Shown: positions 1 through 14,000 of the stretch, piece after piece
Layout of the letters: each line of letters begins with the position of its first letter
Numbering within the stretch: the stretch's first letter is position 1
Assembly (NCBI GenBank): GCA_964016885.1
Contig: OZ024743.1
Coordinates: forward strand, 227,664,001-227,728,000
Direction: 5' to 3'
DNA: 64,000 nucleotides
From: Eledone cirrhosa
Taxonomy: Eukaryota
The notes under the pieces: model-generated
What the model was told of the DNA's origin: nothing
The model's database searches: none
Seen by the model: only the letters and a program-made list of their open reading frames with translations
Translations under genes and position numbers: made by a program

Positions 1-3000
1 CAGGTCACTAAACATAGATGTAGTGGCCATCAGCGAGACCAGAATCTCCGAAGCACAGGCTTTCGCACCGATCTTCGGCGGCTACGATGTGTACGCATCT
101 CCCAGGCGTCCGGGATCGGGGGGAGGAGTTGCTGTGCTTTTTCGGAGAGGTTTGGATCTTGCCATACGGGCCATCTTCCTGGACCCAGAAGGTAAGTTGG
201 TGGTGCTGGACGTGACCAGCGGAGACGGGCAAGCTTTCAGGTTAGTGGCCGTCTATGCCCCGACAGGAGCAGGGCGGCCTGATTTCTTCCGGCGTCTGGA
301 GACCTTTCTTGGAACGTCCCGCTCTTTAGTGTTAGTGGGCGACTGGAACGGGATCTTAGATGCACGCTGGGATTGTGTGGGATTAGTGGATAGGGAAGGA
401 GGGTGCAAGAGTCTCACCAACCTGCTCAGACGTTTTGAACTGTCTGACAGGTACCGAATGGATTTCCCGAATGTACCAATGTGGACTTGGACAAATCGCA
501 TAGGGTCATCCAGATCATATCTAGATAGAGTATTTTGTAGGGAAATAGATAGGTCTAGCATAGGCTGTCCACAATTCAAGATAGTCAGCTACACGGACCA
601 CAAATTCGTGATCTGTGTGCTTGACTTAGATAGGCTTATTAGACGAGGACCCGGCTACTGGAAGCTAAACGCGTCCTTACCAGCGCGCAAGGCCTACAGA
701 GACCGGATTAGCGAACTAGTTAAGCGGGCGTTGATAACAAGTGGTGGTTTGCTCTGAAAAGAGCGATTAGAATAGCAACGATTAGGTTTAGTAAGTCTTT
801 AGCAATAGAGAAAAATAGAGCAGAGGGAGAATTAGTTAGAAATTTAGACAAGGCGCTTAGCAAAGGCATTGCGACCGACGTGCTTGCGGCGAATTTGGCC
901 CTTGACCAATTCTTCAATGCAAAGCACGAAGGCTGCGTTGTCAGAGCTAGGGTGTGTGCTCTCAGACACGAGGGGACGAAAGCCGTTCAATGGGCCCGAG
1001 TGGAGGAGGCGCGTCGTGGCAACAAAGTCACGATCCGGTGTTTGGTGGACCACGACGGGCGCATGCTACTCGATCCCGGGAAAATGTGTGAAGCTTTTCA
1101 GCGACACTTCGCTCAGCTGTTCGGGGGCAGCGGTGGGCCGGGTCGAGGGATGGACTTTAGTGTTTACCTGGACGGACTGCCGCGGCTCTCGGCCACTGAG
1201 GCGGAGTGTTGCGAAAAGCCGATAACAGCCGCTGAAGTACGGGAGGCAATGACTGACTGCACAAGGGGTAAATCGCCTGGTTAGGATGGTCTGCCCTATG
1301 AACTTTACGTACAAATGCCAGACTTGTTAGGAGGCCTCTTGGCGGACGTCTACTGCAACTGGCAACAGAGCGGGAGAATTCCCAGCTCTGTGAGCCGAGG
1401 AGCTGGGGCGCTGTTGAGAAAGGATCCGAACAAGGGGGATAACATAGATAATTTTACGCCCATAACAGAGTTCAAGATTTTGGCCAAGGTGCTAGCAAAG
1501 AGATTGGCGCTTGTCGTTGGTGGTCTGGTGGGAGAGGCGCAGACATGCGCCATTCCCGACAGATCCATCCACGACAACCTCCACCTCATGCGATACATCG
1601 TAGAGAGGGTAGCTCGGGAACCTGGCACGGGTGGGTCTTTGATCAATTTAGATCAGTCGAAAGCCTTCGATAGGGTCGACCATCGTTACCTAGCGGCAGT
1701 TTTGAGGGCGGCTGGCTTTGGGCCCGTCTTCAGAGACTGGATCACTGCCATGCACAGCGACATCTGCTCTGTAGTGAGAGTGAACGGTCACCTTTCGGAA
1801 CCGTTCAACATCATGCGCTCGGTCCGCCAAGGATGTCCCCTCTCGTCCCTATTGTACGTATTGACTCTCGAGCCATTACTGCACAAACTGGAGACGTTGA
1901 GGCGGGTCCCGCGCGAACTAGGATGCGGAAGATCCGTGTCAGCATATGCGGACGATATCACCGTAATGGTGTCGAACGCCAAACACATCGAAGCGATCGG
2001 CACTACACTAAGAGAATACGAAGCAGTGACAGGAGCAATGATCAACCAGGAAAAGTCAGTGGGCCTGCAGCTCGGCACCTGGAGAGGCAGGTCCAACAGC
2101 GTCGTCGGGCGCTGGACGGACGGACCGGTTAAATTGCTAGGGGTCTGGTTCGGTCCAGACCTCCAGACGGACAAAAACTGGGACGAGGTGACGAGCAGGG
2201 TGGCTTCTCTCACCCAGAAATGGACGGAGAGGAAACTATCCCTGAAAGGTCGAGCGGAGGTAGCTAACGCGTACATCGCGTCCGTGATCTACTACCGCCT
2301 GACCGTCGTACCTTGTCCTAAGCCCCGCCTGACTGCGCTGTAGCGTTTGCTCTTTCGCTTTTTGTGGAAGGGACGCGCTCCGATGGTCAGGCGGTCCATC
2401 TGCTGTCAACACCCGCTACGTGGAGGGCTGGGAATGCCGTGGCTGATGATGCGCAGACACGCGCTCAGGCTACTACATCTCCACATCTTCCTCGACGGTG
2501 ATCAGGTGTGGTCGCCCTTTGCTAGACACTTCTTTCCCCAGCTCGTTTCCTTGACGGAGCTGCAGCCCTGGGTCAAGCGAAGACCGAGAGGGAGCGCTTG
2601 GACACTGGAATGTCTTCAGGCGCTCACAGCCCTCGACCAATCGGGCAATGTGATCGGTGGAAACTCCACCTTGGCGTTCTATAGGGGATTAGTGGAGGGG
2701 AAGAGCGACGACGTACTTGGAGAAACTCTAGGCGTCGACGAAAATCAACTAGCCAATCTCTTCGGAAGGACTTTCGGGCCGGGGCCTATGGACAACTTCC
2801 AGAAATCCCTGGCTTGGCAGTGCTACCGAGGAGCTTTGCCAGTTCGGGATAAACTCTACAGGCATGGAGGTGCCGTTAGCCGGGCATGTCCGAGATGCGC
2901 GCAGGGCGACGAAACCGTCCTGCACGCACTCGTCCAGTGTCCGAGCATTGCTGACTTGTGGGTTTATGTCGAACACCTGCTGTCACGTGTAGGACGGATC

Positions 3001-3303
3001 CAGCTATCAGCTGAGTCCATCGTGAGGATTGCCCCTCCCCCTTCCTTTAGCCGGGAAGGGCAGGCAGTTTTTATCTGTCTGGTGGCCATGGCGAAAGAGA
3101 TAATATGGTGGACTCGTTTGAAAGGGCTGAAGACGAGCACTTACCTCTTCGGTGATGCCCTGATTAACTTTTTCAAATTTCATTTGAAAAGGAAAATCAG
3201 GGTAGAGAGGGAAGTGCTCTCTTCCCAGCATTTTGTTGAAAGATGGGTGAGAGAAGCAAGTATGGCCCGAATGAATGGGCCTTCTCTGAGTATGTGTCTG
3301 TAA
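1..3303 (+). pseudogene. Disrupted LINE ORF2 (APE-RT-zinc finger)
   Basis: Frameshifting deletion near 732 versus the intact copy (LTGAIVNNRWW), in-frame TAG at 1282-1284 (SPG*DG) and 2341-2343, small in-frame deletion at PIT(LLNS)E; pieces appear as ORFs 23-757, 880-1284, 1315-2343, 2347-3303. Confidence 0.92.
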
Positions 3304-3545
3304 ATTAAAGGTGGAAAACTGGGAGAGGGCACTTGCCCTGGTGGTCAGGGCCACTGTGGTCTTTTAATGGGCTTTCTCCACAAATGTCCCTCGGAAGTCT
3401 CCCCCCTATTGGGGAATTTTTCTTTGTTATTTTATTTCAACCTCTGTTTTTTTTACACGCAGAAATGCCCATTTGTACCGTCCTGTATTGTCCTGTACTG
3501 TCCTTAATGTCTACTTTATGTAAACCTTGTGGTTAATAAAGAAAA
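1..3545 (+). mobile_element. Tx1/L1-clade non-LTR retrotransposon, degenerate ORF2 + 3' UTR (5' part outside window)
   Basis: APE endonuclease motifs (VAISET, GDWN, SYLDR, TDH), RT motifs (QGCPLS, AYADD), C-terminal CxxC..ETVLHALVQC; strongly similar to the intact ORF2 at 11097-14534; 3' end TGTGGTTAATAAAGAAA runs into (TTA)/(TTG)n. Confidence 0.95.
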
Positions 3546-3627
3546 CATTATTATTATTGTTGTTGCTGTTGTTGTTGTTGCTGTTGTTGTTGTTGTTGTT
3601 GTTGTTATTATTATTATTATTATTATT
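3546..3627. repeat. (TTA)n/(TTG)n microsatellite at the LINE 3' junction
   Basis: Direct reading. Confidence 0.95.
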
Positions 3628-5066
3628 TGCACCTGACTGGGTTCTCAGGAGAATTTTTGTTTAAAAAAATAGTTTCACTTTTACCAAACTGATTTGTTAT
3701 ATAGCTTCGAAACAACTTGATTTAATGAAATGATAAAAAGAAATATATTTAAAATATAAAGAAACAACAAAAAAAAAAAATGTAAATCGGAATACGACGA
3801 AATAAGTTCGGCGGAAAACTAAATAAATTTTAATAAAGTCGGTGTAGTGGGAGGGAGAGAAAAGTAGAACAGATAGGAAAAGAAGGAAAGGGCTTGGAAT
3901 GTGTATATATGTATGGCGAGTGTGTGTGTGGAGAATGTACATGTGTTCAGGGAGAGGGAGTACTGAAATCATGGTAATATCACGAATTTCCAGTGGCATC
4001 AGATCATGTTGAAATTCGTTTCTGTGTTTGCTTGCAGAACAATGTGAGGCATTAATTAATAATGTGAGGTGTTAATTAATAATGCAGTATTGAAGAGGGG
4101 GGATGGGTGGGAAAATATTCTACATTCATCTCATCGAAAGGGAAAGAATGGGGTTTGAGAAATAAAAAAAGAGAGAGATAGGAGTGAGAGAGATAGAGAG
4201 AATGAGAGGAGAGAAGGGAGGGGATAGTAAATTAAATTTCATTTTTAATTGTTTAAAGTACCTTATTATTGTTGTTGTTTTTATATTTGTTGGTTAGGTA
4301 GTGATGGTGCTGGAGCTGGTGGTGGTGTGATGGTTGTGCTTGTTGATGTGATTATTATTATTAAAATGGTGGAGATGATTATGATAATAATAATTATAAC
4401 TGCCGTTGGTTTCTGCTCTTTTTTTTTTATAACAATTGTTTATTATGTTGAAGGAGGCGGCAGAAGCTACGTCAGCAACAATGGTGGTAATGTTAGTGAT
4501 GGTGGGGTTTAATAGTGGTGGTGGTGCTGGTGGAGTTAGTGGTGGTGCTGGTGCTGGTATTTATGATGGTGGAGATAGCGGTGGTGGTGTGTAGGGGTGA
4601 TAGTAAAGGCTGTAGTGGTTATGATGATAGTGATTATGATAATAATCGTTACGATTGCTATCAGGTTGTCGCTGGGTTTTTGTTATGTCACACTTGTTAT
4701 TGTTGTTTTAGCTGTTGTTGTTTTCGTTATTTCCCTTATATTGTTCTTTGTTATATAATTATTATGTTGCATTGTTTTATTTGTTTTGTTTCTCACCCTC
4801 CCACACCTCAACTCTCCAACGCACCACCCCACCAACTCTCTTCTCCCTTTAGCATCTTTGATATTTTATTTGCTGCGATAATTTATTATATTCTATTTAA
4901 TTCTATATATATTTTTTTTAATTTCTGTTTTATTAACTCCACTTATTTCCACATTCCCATAAATGGTAACTTTCTTCCAAGTTCAAATAATTAATCTAAG
5001 GAATTTTGACAAAATTACCTTGTTTTTTCTTCTTTTAAACTTCCTCCAAAATATTAGCATACGGAT

Positions 5067-5272
5067 AGCAGCAGCGGCAGCAGCAGTAGTAGTAGTAATA
5101 GTAGTAGTAGCAACAGCAGTAGCAGCAGCAGCAGTAGCAGCAGCAGTCGCAGTAGTAGTAGCAGTAGCAGGAGTAGCAGCAGTAGCAGCAGCAGTAGTAG
5201 TAATAGTAGTAGTAGTAGCAGCAACAGTAGCAGCATTAGTAGTAGTAGTAGTAGTAACAATACTACTACTAC
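5067..5272. repeat. (TAG)n/(CAG)n compound trinucleotide microsatellite
   Basis: Direct reading. Confidence 0.95.
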
Positions 5273-5282
5273 TCATTGTAAT

Positions 5283-5883
5283 ATTTGTTTCTACTTTTAG
5301 CACAAGGCCAGCAATTATCCAGCGCATTACTGGTACTTTATTTTATCGACGCCGTAAGGATAAAAGGCAAAGTTAACCTCGGCGGGATTTGAACTCAGAA
5401 TGGCAAGGGTCGTAACTCTATGCATCAAAGCATGGCGTGCGACCCTCTACCGATACTGCCAATCCAATAATGGCTTCTAATATAGACACAAGATCAGTAA
5501 TGTCAGGAGAAGTAGAGCGTTGATTATACTGACCACAGTAGCCGACTGGTACTTTATTTTATCGACTACGGCAGGATAAGAGGCAAGGCTGGCCTCGTTG
5601 TAGTTTGAACACCCCAAAGCCTTTTGTTCGGCGACGTAGTGATTCTCCCAGTCCACTGTAGTAAATAATATCGTTTCTGATTTTGGCACAAGACCAACAC
5701 TTTGGGGGAGGGGAATGTCGATTAAATCAACCCAGTACATTACTGATACTTTTTTTATCGATCCAGTAAGGATGAAAGGCAAAGTTAACTTCGGCAGGAT
5801 TTGAACTCAGATCGTAAAGGCGCGTAACCCTGTGACAATAAAAAATTTGTCCAACGGTTTACTAATACTGCCAATCCACCGCT
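5283..5883 (-). mobile_element. Cluster of tRNA-derived Nin/Deu-domain-like SINEs (5283-5466, degenerate ~5500-5650, ~5670-5883)
   Basis: Reverse complement of the window consensus GGCGGTGGATTGGCAGTATCGGTAG..GAGTTCAAATCC (A/B boxes)..GCCTTTCATCCTTACGGGGTCGATAAAATAAAGTACCAG..GTAGAAACAATT. Confidence 0.88.
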
Positions 5884-6049
5884 CTAACTGCCGAAAATAA
5901 TATTAATCATAATTGTCTATATATTAGGCAAAATATCAACAATTCAAGGTAAGGGAAATTCGATTAAATCAACACGGTGAATAATATAGGAGGATGAAAC
6001 ACAGAGCATCGAAATCAACAAAAACATTATATGTAACAAAAATATGAAA

Positions 6050-7030
6050 AGTAAGGTTTCCGATAATGGAGAAGATATATGTGTGTAATTTCGGTCAAAA
6101 TACAACACACAGTTCTGGACTACACTGTCGCATTAAAGGCATTGAAAAGAAATTGCTTATTTAAATTAGGTCCATTCGGCCACGTCGTTTGTTCTTTTAA
6201 TGGTATTACAGAGATGATTGGCTCATGTTTTCACCAGAAAGCAAATAATTATAGCAAATTCAGTCTGGGGGTAAGACTCAAAGAAGACCTTACTGCGGTA
6301 AAATTCCTAGATGACACGCTTAACATACATTCGAAGCCATATGAGCTTTTAAGAAATTCAATAACACCTCAGTATACCGTGACGCCTATTCTAGCATACG
6401 TCCCTACGCTTGTACCAATAAGCATCAACAAGATGGGAAACTGCTTTTAATAGAGGTGCAATGTATAATGGCGAAACACTATCACGTAGTCAATTTCAAG
6501 AAGGAATAAAGTACTACTCAACACCATTTGGTAACTGCCATAAATCAATAGAAAAAGAAATGGGATAACGAGTGCTGAGAACCAGTGCTGCCGAACAGTT
6601 CTGCATTCCAATCTGAAAACATCTACCAGACAGAGTCATTAAAATAAACGTTACAAATAATATTGTAAACAAACGTAAAGCAAATGGAATAGACATGTAA
6701 TTGTAGACATAGAGAACCCTTAAAGACTGTCTAGACAAAACTATGTATAACATGATGTGTATCTACCATCAATACAGCAACAGGATAACTAATGCTAACA
6801 GAGCACTCCTCGAAAACTTATTTGCTCTAGGAAATTGAAGACACCATGTCAATTTCAAAGTTGCTTTGGAAATTGAGCAACAAAAGAAAAGCAGCCCCAC
6901 CCCAAAGCATCTCATGGGCAATGTTATATACGGGCACAGACATTGAAGAACATTGCTACTTCTGTATCACAGAAAACTCCGCATCATTCGCAGCCGCTAC
7001 CCAAGTCTCGAGAACATAATATTAAAGATG
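6050..7030 (+). pseudogene. Degenerate Penelope-like element RT/GIY-YIG relic
   Basis: VKFLDDTLNI resembles IVNFLDITLNL of the 54809 ORF; a CxxC-like 'HCYFCITE' lies near 6950; many stops and frameshifts. Confidence 0.55.
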
Positions 7031-9570
7031 GTATATTTTGAGACAATTAACTGGCTTTTTGACAATATAATGTGAGTGGAAATTTCGCTTAGAGCTATGA
7101 GGTTTCGGAGTTATGCCTCAGCGGTGCGCCACATTTTGCAAATATTATCTACTGTAGTCTCTTGTTGAGCAAAAGCACAGTTGATGGACACTGTGTAGAT
7201 GCCTTCGAAAGAACCGTTTCCTGTTCTTTGAAGGTAGCTTTCATTATCGTTCGATTTAATACCTCTAGCTGGCACTTGGATGCCTTCAACGAAGGACTCT
7301 CTGCTGCAAGCATTCAGACCTGGAACCTGATCTGAAGATATTTTCCTTTCTGTCTTCCATAAGAATAGAGTGCGTTGTAAAATAATATTACTCATTGGAC
7401 TTTAACCGCTTGAAATGTCTTAAATTTAATTAACGACATTTCAAGTTGTCCAAACTTTTCCACGAGAATGTTTCGAATTCTCCCTGATACATGACAGACA
7501 TCATCTAATGATCTACACAGCTTACCATACCTAAAATCACTTTATTCCTTTCCCTTCCTGTCCGTCGGTGTGTACGACAAACTGAAGGACCGATCAAACG
7601 AACCCCTAGTTTGGGGATGTAATCCCTGTTTATCTCACATAAATTAACATATAAACAACCCAACTCACTTTGAACAGATTTCTATAAAACACGTTTTGTT
7701 GTTTTTATAACGAAATAGAGAAACATTATATTTATATGGGAAGGAGTTGAATGTGCGTGTTTGTGGAATGGGTTATTGAATGTATATATGTCATTGTATG
7801 TAGGATTTTCTTAGATGTGATTCTGTAAGTATGATTTTAATTTTTATGTATGATGTTGTGTCTCCATCCTCTATGTGTATGTCTCTATTTAAATAAACAA
7901 ATAGGACTGTCAAACACCTGATTCATACTTGGATAGACATAGGACAAACGCAAACTAATCACTAAATGTCCCTATGCTTAAATAATATACTCCGAAAACA
8001 AGGCCAACAATAAACGGAACACCCAGGGCATTCTTATGCCAAACTCGTAACTAATACACCCATTAAAACTAAATGTCCATACTAGAACCGAAACATCATC
8101 CCTAATTCCTACCTTAGATATCATCCATATTCCTTGACTTATATTTCGGAAAGCCACCCATCAACGCACTCTAAATAACAGTATGGGGAAGACAAGCTTT
8201 TTCAAGCTGAAGTTGTCATACTATGCAGTGCTTGCATAAGTATAAACAATAAACACTAATTATTATTATCTGCAGGGGCCATGACCCCATTCTCGTGATT
8301 AATGGATGAATTTATTTTAAAGCACGAGAGCATTACCCTACCTAACAAACCGAAATCTCTTCAAATCACTGTTAGCTTCAAATAAATCCACATTGAACCA
8401 TTTAAAATTACAGATATTTATTAAAAGCATATAATGTAACCTAATTTTAAAAACATAATACAACAGTCAAATTCAAAAATGAGTGAAAAGAAATAAAATC
8501 AAAGAAACTGGAATCTCATACATTTAGCCAACAATGAAAAGTATCAAAGCTAAACATTATTAAAGGTAGATTATTAAACAATATATGTCTAAATATAAAA
8601 TTACTAACTAAAAACATATTCTGAAATAATTCAAATGGTGAACTTAATTATTATATATAGCTGTATAAACAAAATATAGCATATTAAAATGTATCCTAAA
8701 CTTTTAAACTAGACAAATACAAAGAATCTGAATAGAAAAAGAAATGCATACACGAAACAAAACATTATTTGAACGAATTAATAAATATTTTTTTCTTAAA
8801 CAATTAAACCAAATTATGGACAAAAACAAATATAATAAAATTAGTCAAATGAATATAAAAAATCTACTTATCCTAATTTCCACGTGCTTCTTCTTCGCTT
8901 GATCTATGTGTTAAGGTGTGTGGAACTTTTTTAATAGTGAGCAATAAAAGCTGTTAAGTTTTATGATCATTGTTGAGAGATAGATAGAGAGAGGTGGAGG
9001 ATAAATGAGAGAGAGAGATAAAGAGGGAGCTGGGAGAGTGATGCAGAAAGAGAGAGATAGAGAGAAAGCGGAGATGCAGAGAGGCGGTGTAAATATATTT
9101 TTCAATAAAAAGTAAAAATAAAATGAAATGTAACAAAACCAAGGTTTTTAAAAATTAGGTGTCATTAGAATATTGAAGTGTAACTGACATTCCACCAATT
9201 CAGCAATTATTATTGTTAGTAATATTCTCAGCATCACAATCCCCATCATTATTGATATTATCATCGTTATAATTTATATTACCATCGTCACTATCATCAT
9301 CACCGACATCAACACCATCTCAATCATCCTCATATTTATTAAAAGCATCAACTAGCTTTATCATTTGTCTTTGTAATGTTCAACATTCTAACACCACCCT
9401 CTTCCTAGGGCAATAAAAGAAAGTCATTATTAATATATTATTATTTATAAATATGCAAGCAATATAGGATTCTGTTTTCTCATTTTATTCCTGGCTCTCT
9501 CTCACATCTCATACAAATTTGTATGTATGTGTATGTATATATATATATATATATAGATAGATATATATAT

Positions 9571-9630
<60 letters not shown>

Positions 9631-9927
9631 ACATATGTATGTGTATTAATGTATATATTTTATCCGTGTAAAGGCTCGACGCCTATTCGCCAGCCTTCTC
9701 ATCTTTTGTGTCACGGTGAATCTCCCATGGAACTACGTTGTGGAGTACTCAGCCACTTGCACGTTAATTTCAACAGCAGGATAATCCGTTAATCGAATCA
9801 ACACTGGTCGTCGTAAACAATGGAATGCCAGTTTTTAGATTACTATATTACACGTGTGTATATATGTATATGTGCTTCTATATATATATATATACATGTG
9901 CGTATATATATATATATATATATATAA

Positions 9928-10222
9928 CCAAAGATTAATATTCTTCGTTGATTACTCAACGAATATAGTTTTGCAATAGATTAGAAGCACTCAACAGTGG
10001 AGTTTTCTTGGAGTTTTTAATATTATTCAAAATTCCCGTATTGGCAGTCAATACGGGAATTGAATAATTAAGACCGTAGCAGTATGTCATATATCAAATC
10101 AGATATTTTGTCTGATGAGGACGTACTGAAAAAAAACAGGACAGTACCTTTGAAATATATATAATAAAGTATATATTTTGATTATGCGAATATTTTTCAT
10201 TTGTTAACATTTTGAATAATAT
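9928..10222. mobile_element. Short non-coding fold-back PLE-end element between (TA)n tracts
   Basis: Hairpin junction at 10023-10067; the right part carries a hammerhead, and the left part resembles the reverse complement of the PLE tail at 21690-21750. Confidence 0.6.
10103..10172 (+). ncRNA. Type I hammerhead ribozyme (PLE-type, palindromic short stem III)
   Basis: ATATTTTGT-CTGATGA-stem II (GTACTG/CAGTAC)-GAAA-TATATA-TA-ATAAAGTAT; stem I pairs using G-U. Confidence 0.75.
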
Positions 10223-10324
10223 ATATATATATAACAAAGAGGGTGTGACTAGACACCAAGTGGACGATAAGGCAGCAGAATACTCAATACTTAGGTAATA
10301 GGAAAGTGTGTAATAGGAAAAGAG

Positions 10325-10425
10325 TCAGGACCCCGACTGCTGAGTTCCGGCCGTTTCGACAGCTAGATCCGAACTAAACCACCACTGGTGGGGAAACGGC
10401 TGGAGCTCAGCCGTCGGGGTCTTGA
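10325..10425. repeat. ~33-bp inverted repeat formed from the 3' half of a hammerhead (GAAA-CGGCTG..CAGCCG-TC)
   Basis: TCAGGACCCCGACTGCTGAGTTCCGGCCGTTTC ... GAAACGGCTGGAGCTCAGCCGTCGGGGTCTTGA; CTGANGA box degenerate. Confidence 0.7.
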
Positions 10426-10778
10426 ATCCCCCCTCCCCCCATATATATATATATATTTAATATAGATGAGATTCTACAGGACTAGAACTGTTTCATTCAT
10501 TAGAAATCATCATATAGTGGCGGACTGGCCCGGTTGCCAGGTTGCCCAATGGCAAGTGGGCCCCAGGGTGCTCACGGTAGCATTGCAAGAGCCCACTGTA
10601 GCAATGCAGGGCCCACTGTAGTATACTTTGCTTTCAAAAATACCTGAAATATAAGAGAAAGAATAAATTTTTTTTTAAATTAAATAAAACAATTAAGCAA
10701 AGCATTTGGTCAACCAATTCCCCAGGGAATTACTAGAAACCAAAATATACGATGGTGCAAATAACTGGAATTAGTGGT

Positions 10779-10800
10779 AGAGAGAGAGAGTGAGAGAGAG

Positions 10801-10857
<57 letters not shown>

Positions 10858-10858
10858 T
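10779..10858. repeat. (GA)n-(GATA)n tract at the 3' junction of the LINE
   Basis: Direct reading. Confidence 0.95.
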
Positions 10859-11096
10859 ATTTCTTTATTAGCCACAGGGGCACAAAAGAAGGGGACAAAT
10901 ACAAAGGGGGAAGTTTACATACAATAAAAACGTGTAAAATGTTATCACAGATGGAATTTAAAAGTTAGTCGATTTTCCCCAATAGAGGGAGACAGTTTAT
11001 ATGGGTAACACAGACCCCCGAAAAAAATGTGCAACCCTCATCTCCAGGAGTACGAAGAGCTTGTACTCCTTTCCTCTCCTCCTCCTTTTCCTCAAC

Positions 11097-14000
11097 CTAC
11101 AGGCTGATATAGAGAGAAGGCCCATTCACTCGGGCCATTCTCGCCACTTTCACCCACCTTTCATAAAACTTGCTGGGGTACAGCACCTCTCTCTCCATCC
11201 TGATTCTTCTTCCAAAGTGGTATTTGAAAAAAAGAATCAGTTGTTGGCCGGAGAGAAAGGTGTCTGACCTCAGCCCTTTCAACCTTGTCCACCATACAAC
11301 CTCTTTCGCCATAGCTATCACACAAAGGAAAACCGCCTCTCCTTCGTTTTTGAAGGAGGGTGGCGGTTTGATCATGACAATGGACTCGGTGGTCAACTGG
11401 ATTGGTCCCACCCGCGACAATAGTCGTTCTACATAGCCCCACAGGTCAGTGACGCCCGGGCAGTGTATGAATGCGTGCGCGACGGTTTCTTCGTCTCGCA
11501 CGCACCTCGGACAGATCTTTTTTGCAGGGTCCCTGCCTGGGCGCCCATGTCTGTAGAGCTTGTCTCGAACTGGTAGAGCTCCTCGGTAGCACTGCCAGGC
11601 CAGGGACTTTTGGTAGTTGTCCATCGGTCCCGGGCGGAAGGTCCTACCGAACAGACTGGCCAGTTCATCTTCCTCCACGCCTAGAGTTTCACCGAGCGCG
11701 TCGTCGCACTTGCTGCGGACCAACCCTCTATAGAATGACGAAGTGGAGTCTCCACTGATCGCCGGGTCCGCCTGCCAGAGGGCTGTGAGCGCCTGAGCAC
11801 ATTCGATGTGCCAGTCGCCCATTTTCCTCGGTCTCTGCTTGACCCAGGACTGCAGCTCGGTCAGCGAGACGAGTCGTGGGAAGGCTCGCCTCACGAACGG
11901 GGCCCACACCGGTTGTCCGGTGAGGAATACGTAGAGATGCCGCAGCCTGAGCGCGTGTTTGCGCATCGTCAACCACGGCATCCCCAGCCCTCCGTTAGAA
12001 GGGTGTTGGCAGCAGATGGATCTTCTTACCAAAGGAGCCCGCCTCTTCCAAAGGAATCGGAAGAGGGCGCGCTCCATTTTGGCGAGCGTTTTGGCTGGAC
12101 AAGGCACGACGGTCAAGCGGTAGTAGATGGCGGACGCTATAAAAGTGTTCGCCACCTCCGCTCGACCTTTCAAGGATAGTTTGCACTCGGCCCACTTCTG
12201 GGTGAGTGCAAACACCTTGGGCGTCACTTCGTTCCAGTTCTTCTCCACCTGGAGGTCCGGACCAAACCAGACCCCGAGCAGCTTTACCGGTCCTTCCGTC
12301 CAGCGTCCGACGACGCCATCGGAAGGCATCGGTCTGCCTCTCCACGATCCGAGTTGCAAACCGATGGACTTGTCCCGGTTCAGCTTCGCTCCTGTGAGAC
12401 TTTCGTATTCCTTTAGTAAGGTGCCGACTTCCTCGATTTGCGAGGCGCTCGACACCATTACTGTCACGTCGTCGGCGTAGGCCGACGCTGCTTTCCGCAG
12501 TCCCGGTTCCAGAGGGATGCCCTGCAATAGCTCCAGCTTCCGCAGTAGTGGCTCGAGAGTCAGTACGTACAGAAGGGAGGAGAGAGGGCATCCCTGTCGA
12601 ATGGATCGCGTAATATGGAACGGCTCCGAGAGGTAACCGTTCACCTTGACCCTTGAGCAGATGTTGCTGTTGTGCATTGCAGCAATCCAGCCCCTGAACA
12701 CGGGTCCGAAGCCTGCCGCCTCGAGCACCGCATCCAGGTAACGATGGTCAACCCTATCGAAAGCCTTAGACTGATCCAAGTTGATCAGGGCCCCACCGAA
12801 GCCGGGTTTACACCCTACCCTCTCTATGATGTATCGCATGAGGTGGAGGTTGTCGTGTATGGACCTGGTCGGGATCGCGCATGTCTGCGCTTCTCCCACC
12901 AGGTTCTCGACGACAAGCGCCAGCCTCTTTGCCAACACCTTGGCCAAAATCTGTAACTCTGAGTTTAGCAGAGTTATGGGCCGGAAGTTGCCTATGTCAT
13001 CCCCCTTATTCTCGTCCTTCCTGATTAGTGTGACCACGCCCCCGGTTACAGAACTGGGAATTCTCCCGTTCTGTTGCCAGTTGCAGTAGACCGCTTCCAG
13101 GAGACCGGAGAATAAGTCCGGCATTGCTACGTAAAATTCGTAGGGTAGACCGTCGAGACCTGGAGATTTGCGTTTGCCGCATTGGCTCAGCGCGTCCCCT
13201 ATCTCAGTGGCTGAAATCGGCTTTTCGCAGAACTTCGCCTCGCTGTCCGAGAGTCGCGGTAGGCCGTCGAGGTATGGACCGAAATCCATAGCCTCTCCCG
13301 GCGCGCCGCTCCCCCCGAACAGCCGAGCAAAGTGCCGCTGAAAAGCCGCACACATCTGCTTCGGCTCACGTATCACGCGTCCGTTTTGGTCCTTCAAAGA
13401 CCGAATCGTGGACTTGTTGCCACTTTTTGCCTCCGTCACTCGAGCCCAGCTAACAGCTTTGGCTCCCTCGTTTCCCAGAGCACGCATTTTGCTTCTGACA
13501 ACGCAGCCCTCGTGCTTTGCGTCGAAGAACTGGTCCAAGGCCGTTCTCGTTGCTAGCACGCTGGCTACGTTGCCACTTCTAATTGCCTCTTCTACTTTAT
13601 CTACCAGTTCCTTCTCGGTTCTATTTCTATCTAACGCTAATTCTTTACTAAAAACTATCGAGTCTAATCTAACTGCCCTCTTGAGAGAGTACCACCATCT
13701 GTTGTTGACAATGGCCCCTGTCAAGTGCTGTTTAACTAAAGTGCTAATCCGTCTACTGTAGGCTTTGCTTGTCGGTAACGACAAGTTCAGCTTCCAGTAG
13801 CCGGGTCCTTGTCTATGGGTTCTATCAAGGTTGGCCATGCAGGTCACTAGTTTGTGATCTGAATAGGCAACCATGAACATTTGTGGACAGCTTAACATGT
13901 CCCTATCCTTATTTCTAACTAGAACCCTATCTAGGTACGATCTAGATGTTCCGCTACGATTACTCCACGTCCACAGTGGCGCAGTCGGAAAATCTAGTCG

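Noticed and set aside
7080-8900. Possible LINE/PLE coding relics (also 23000-23800)
   Set aside because: A-rich, coding-like texture but no diagnostic motif I can read with confidence
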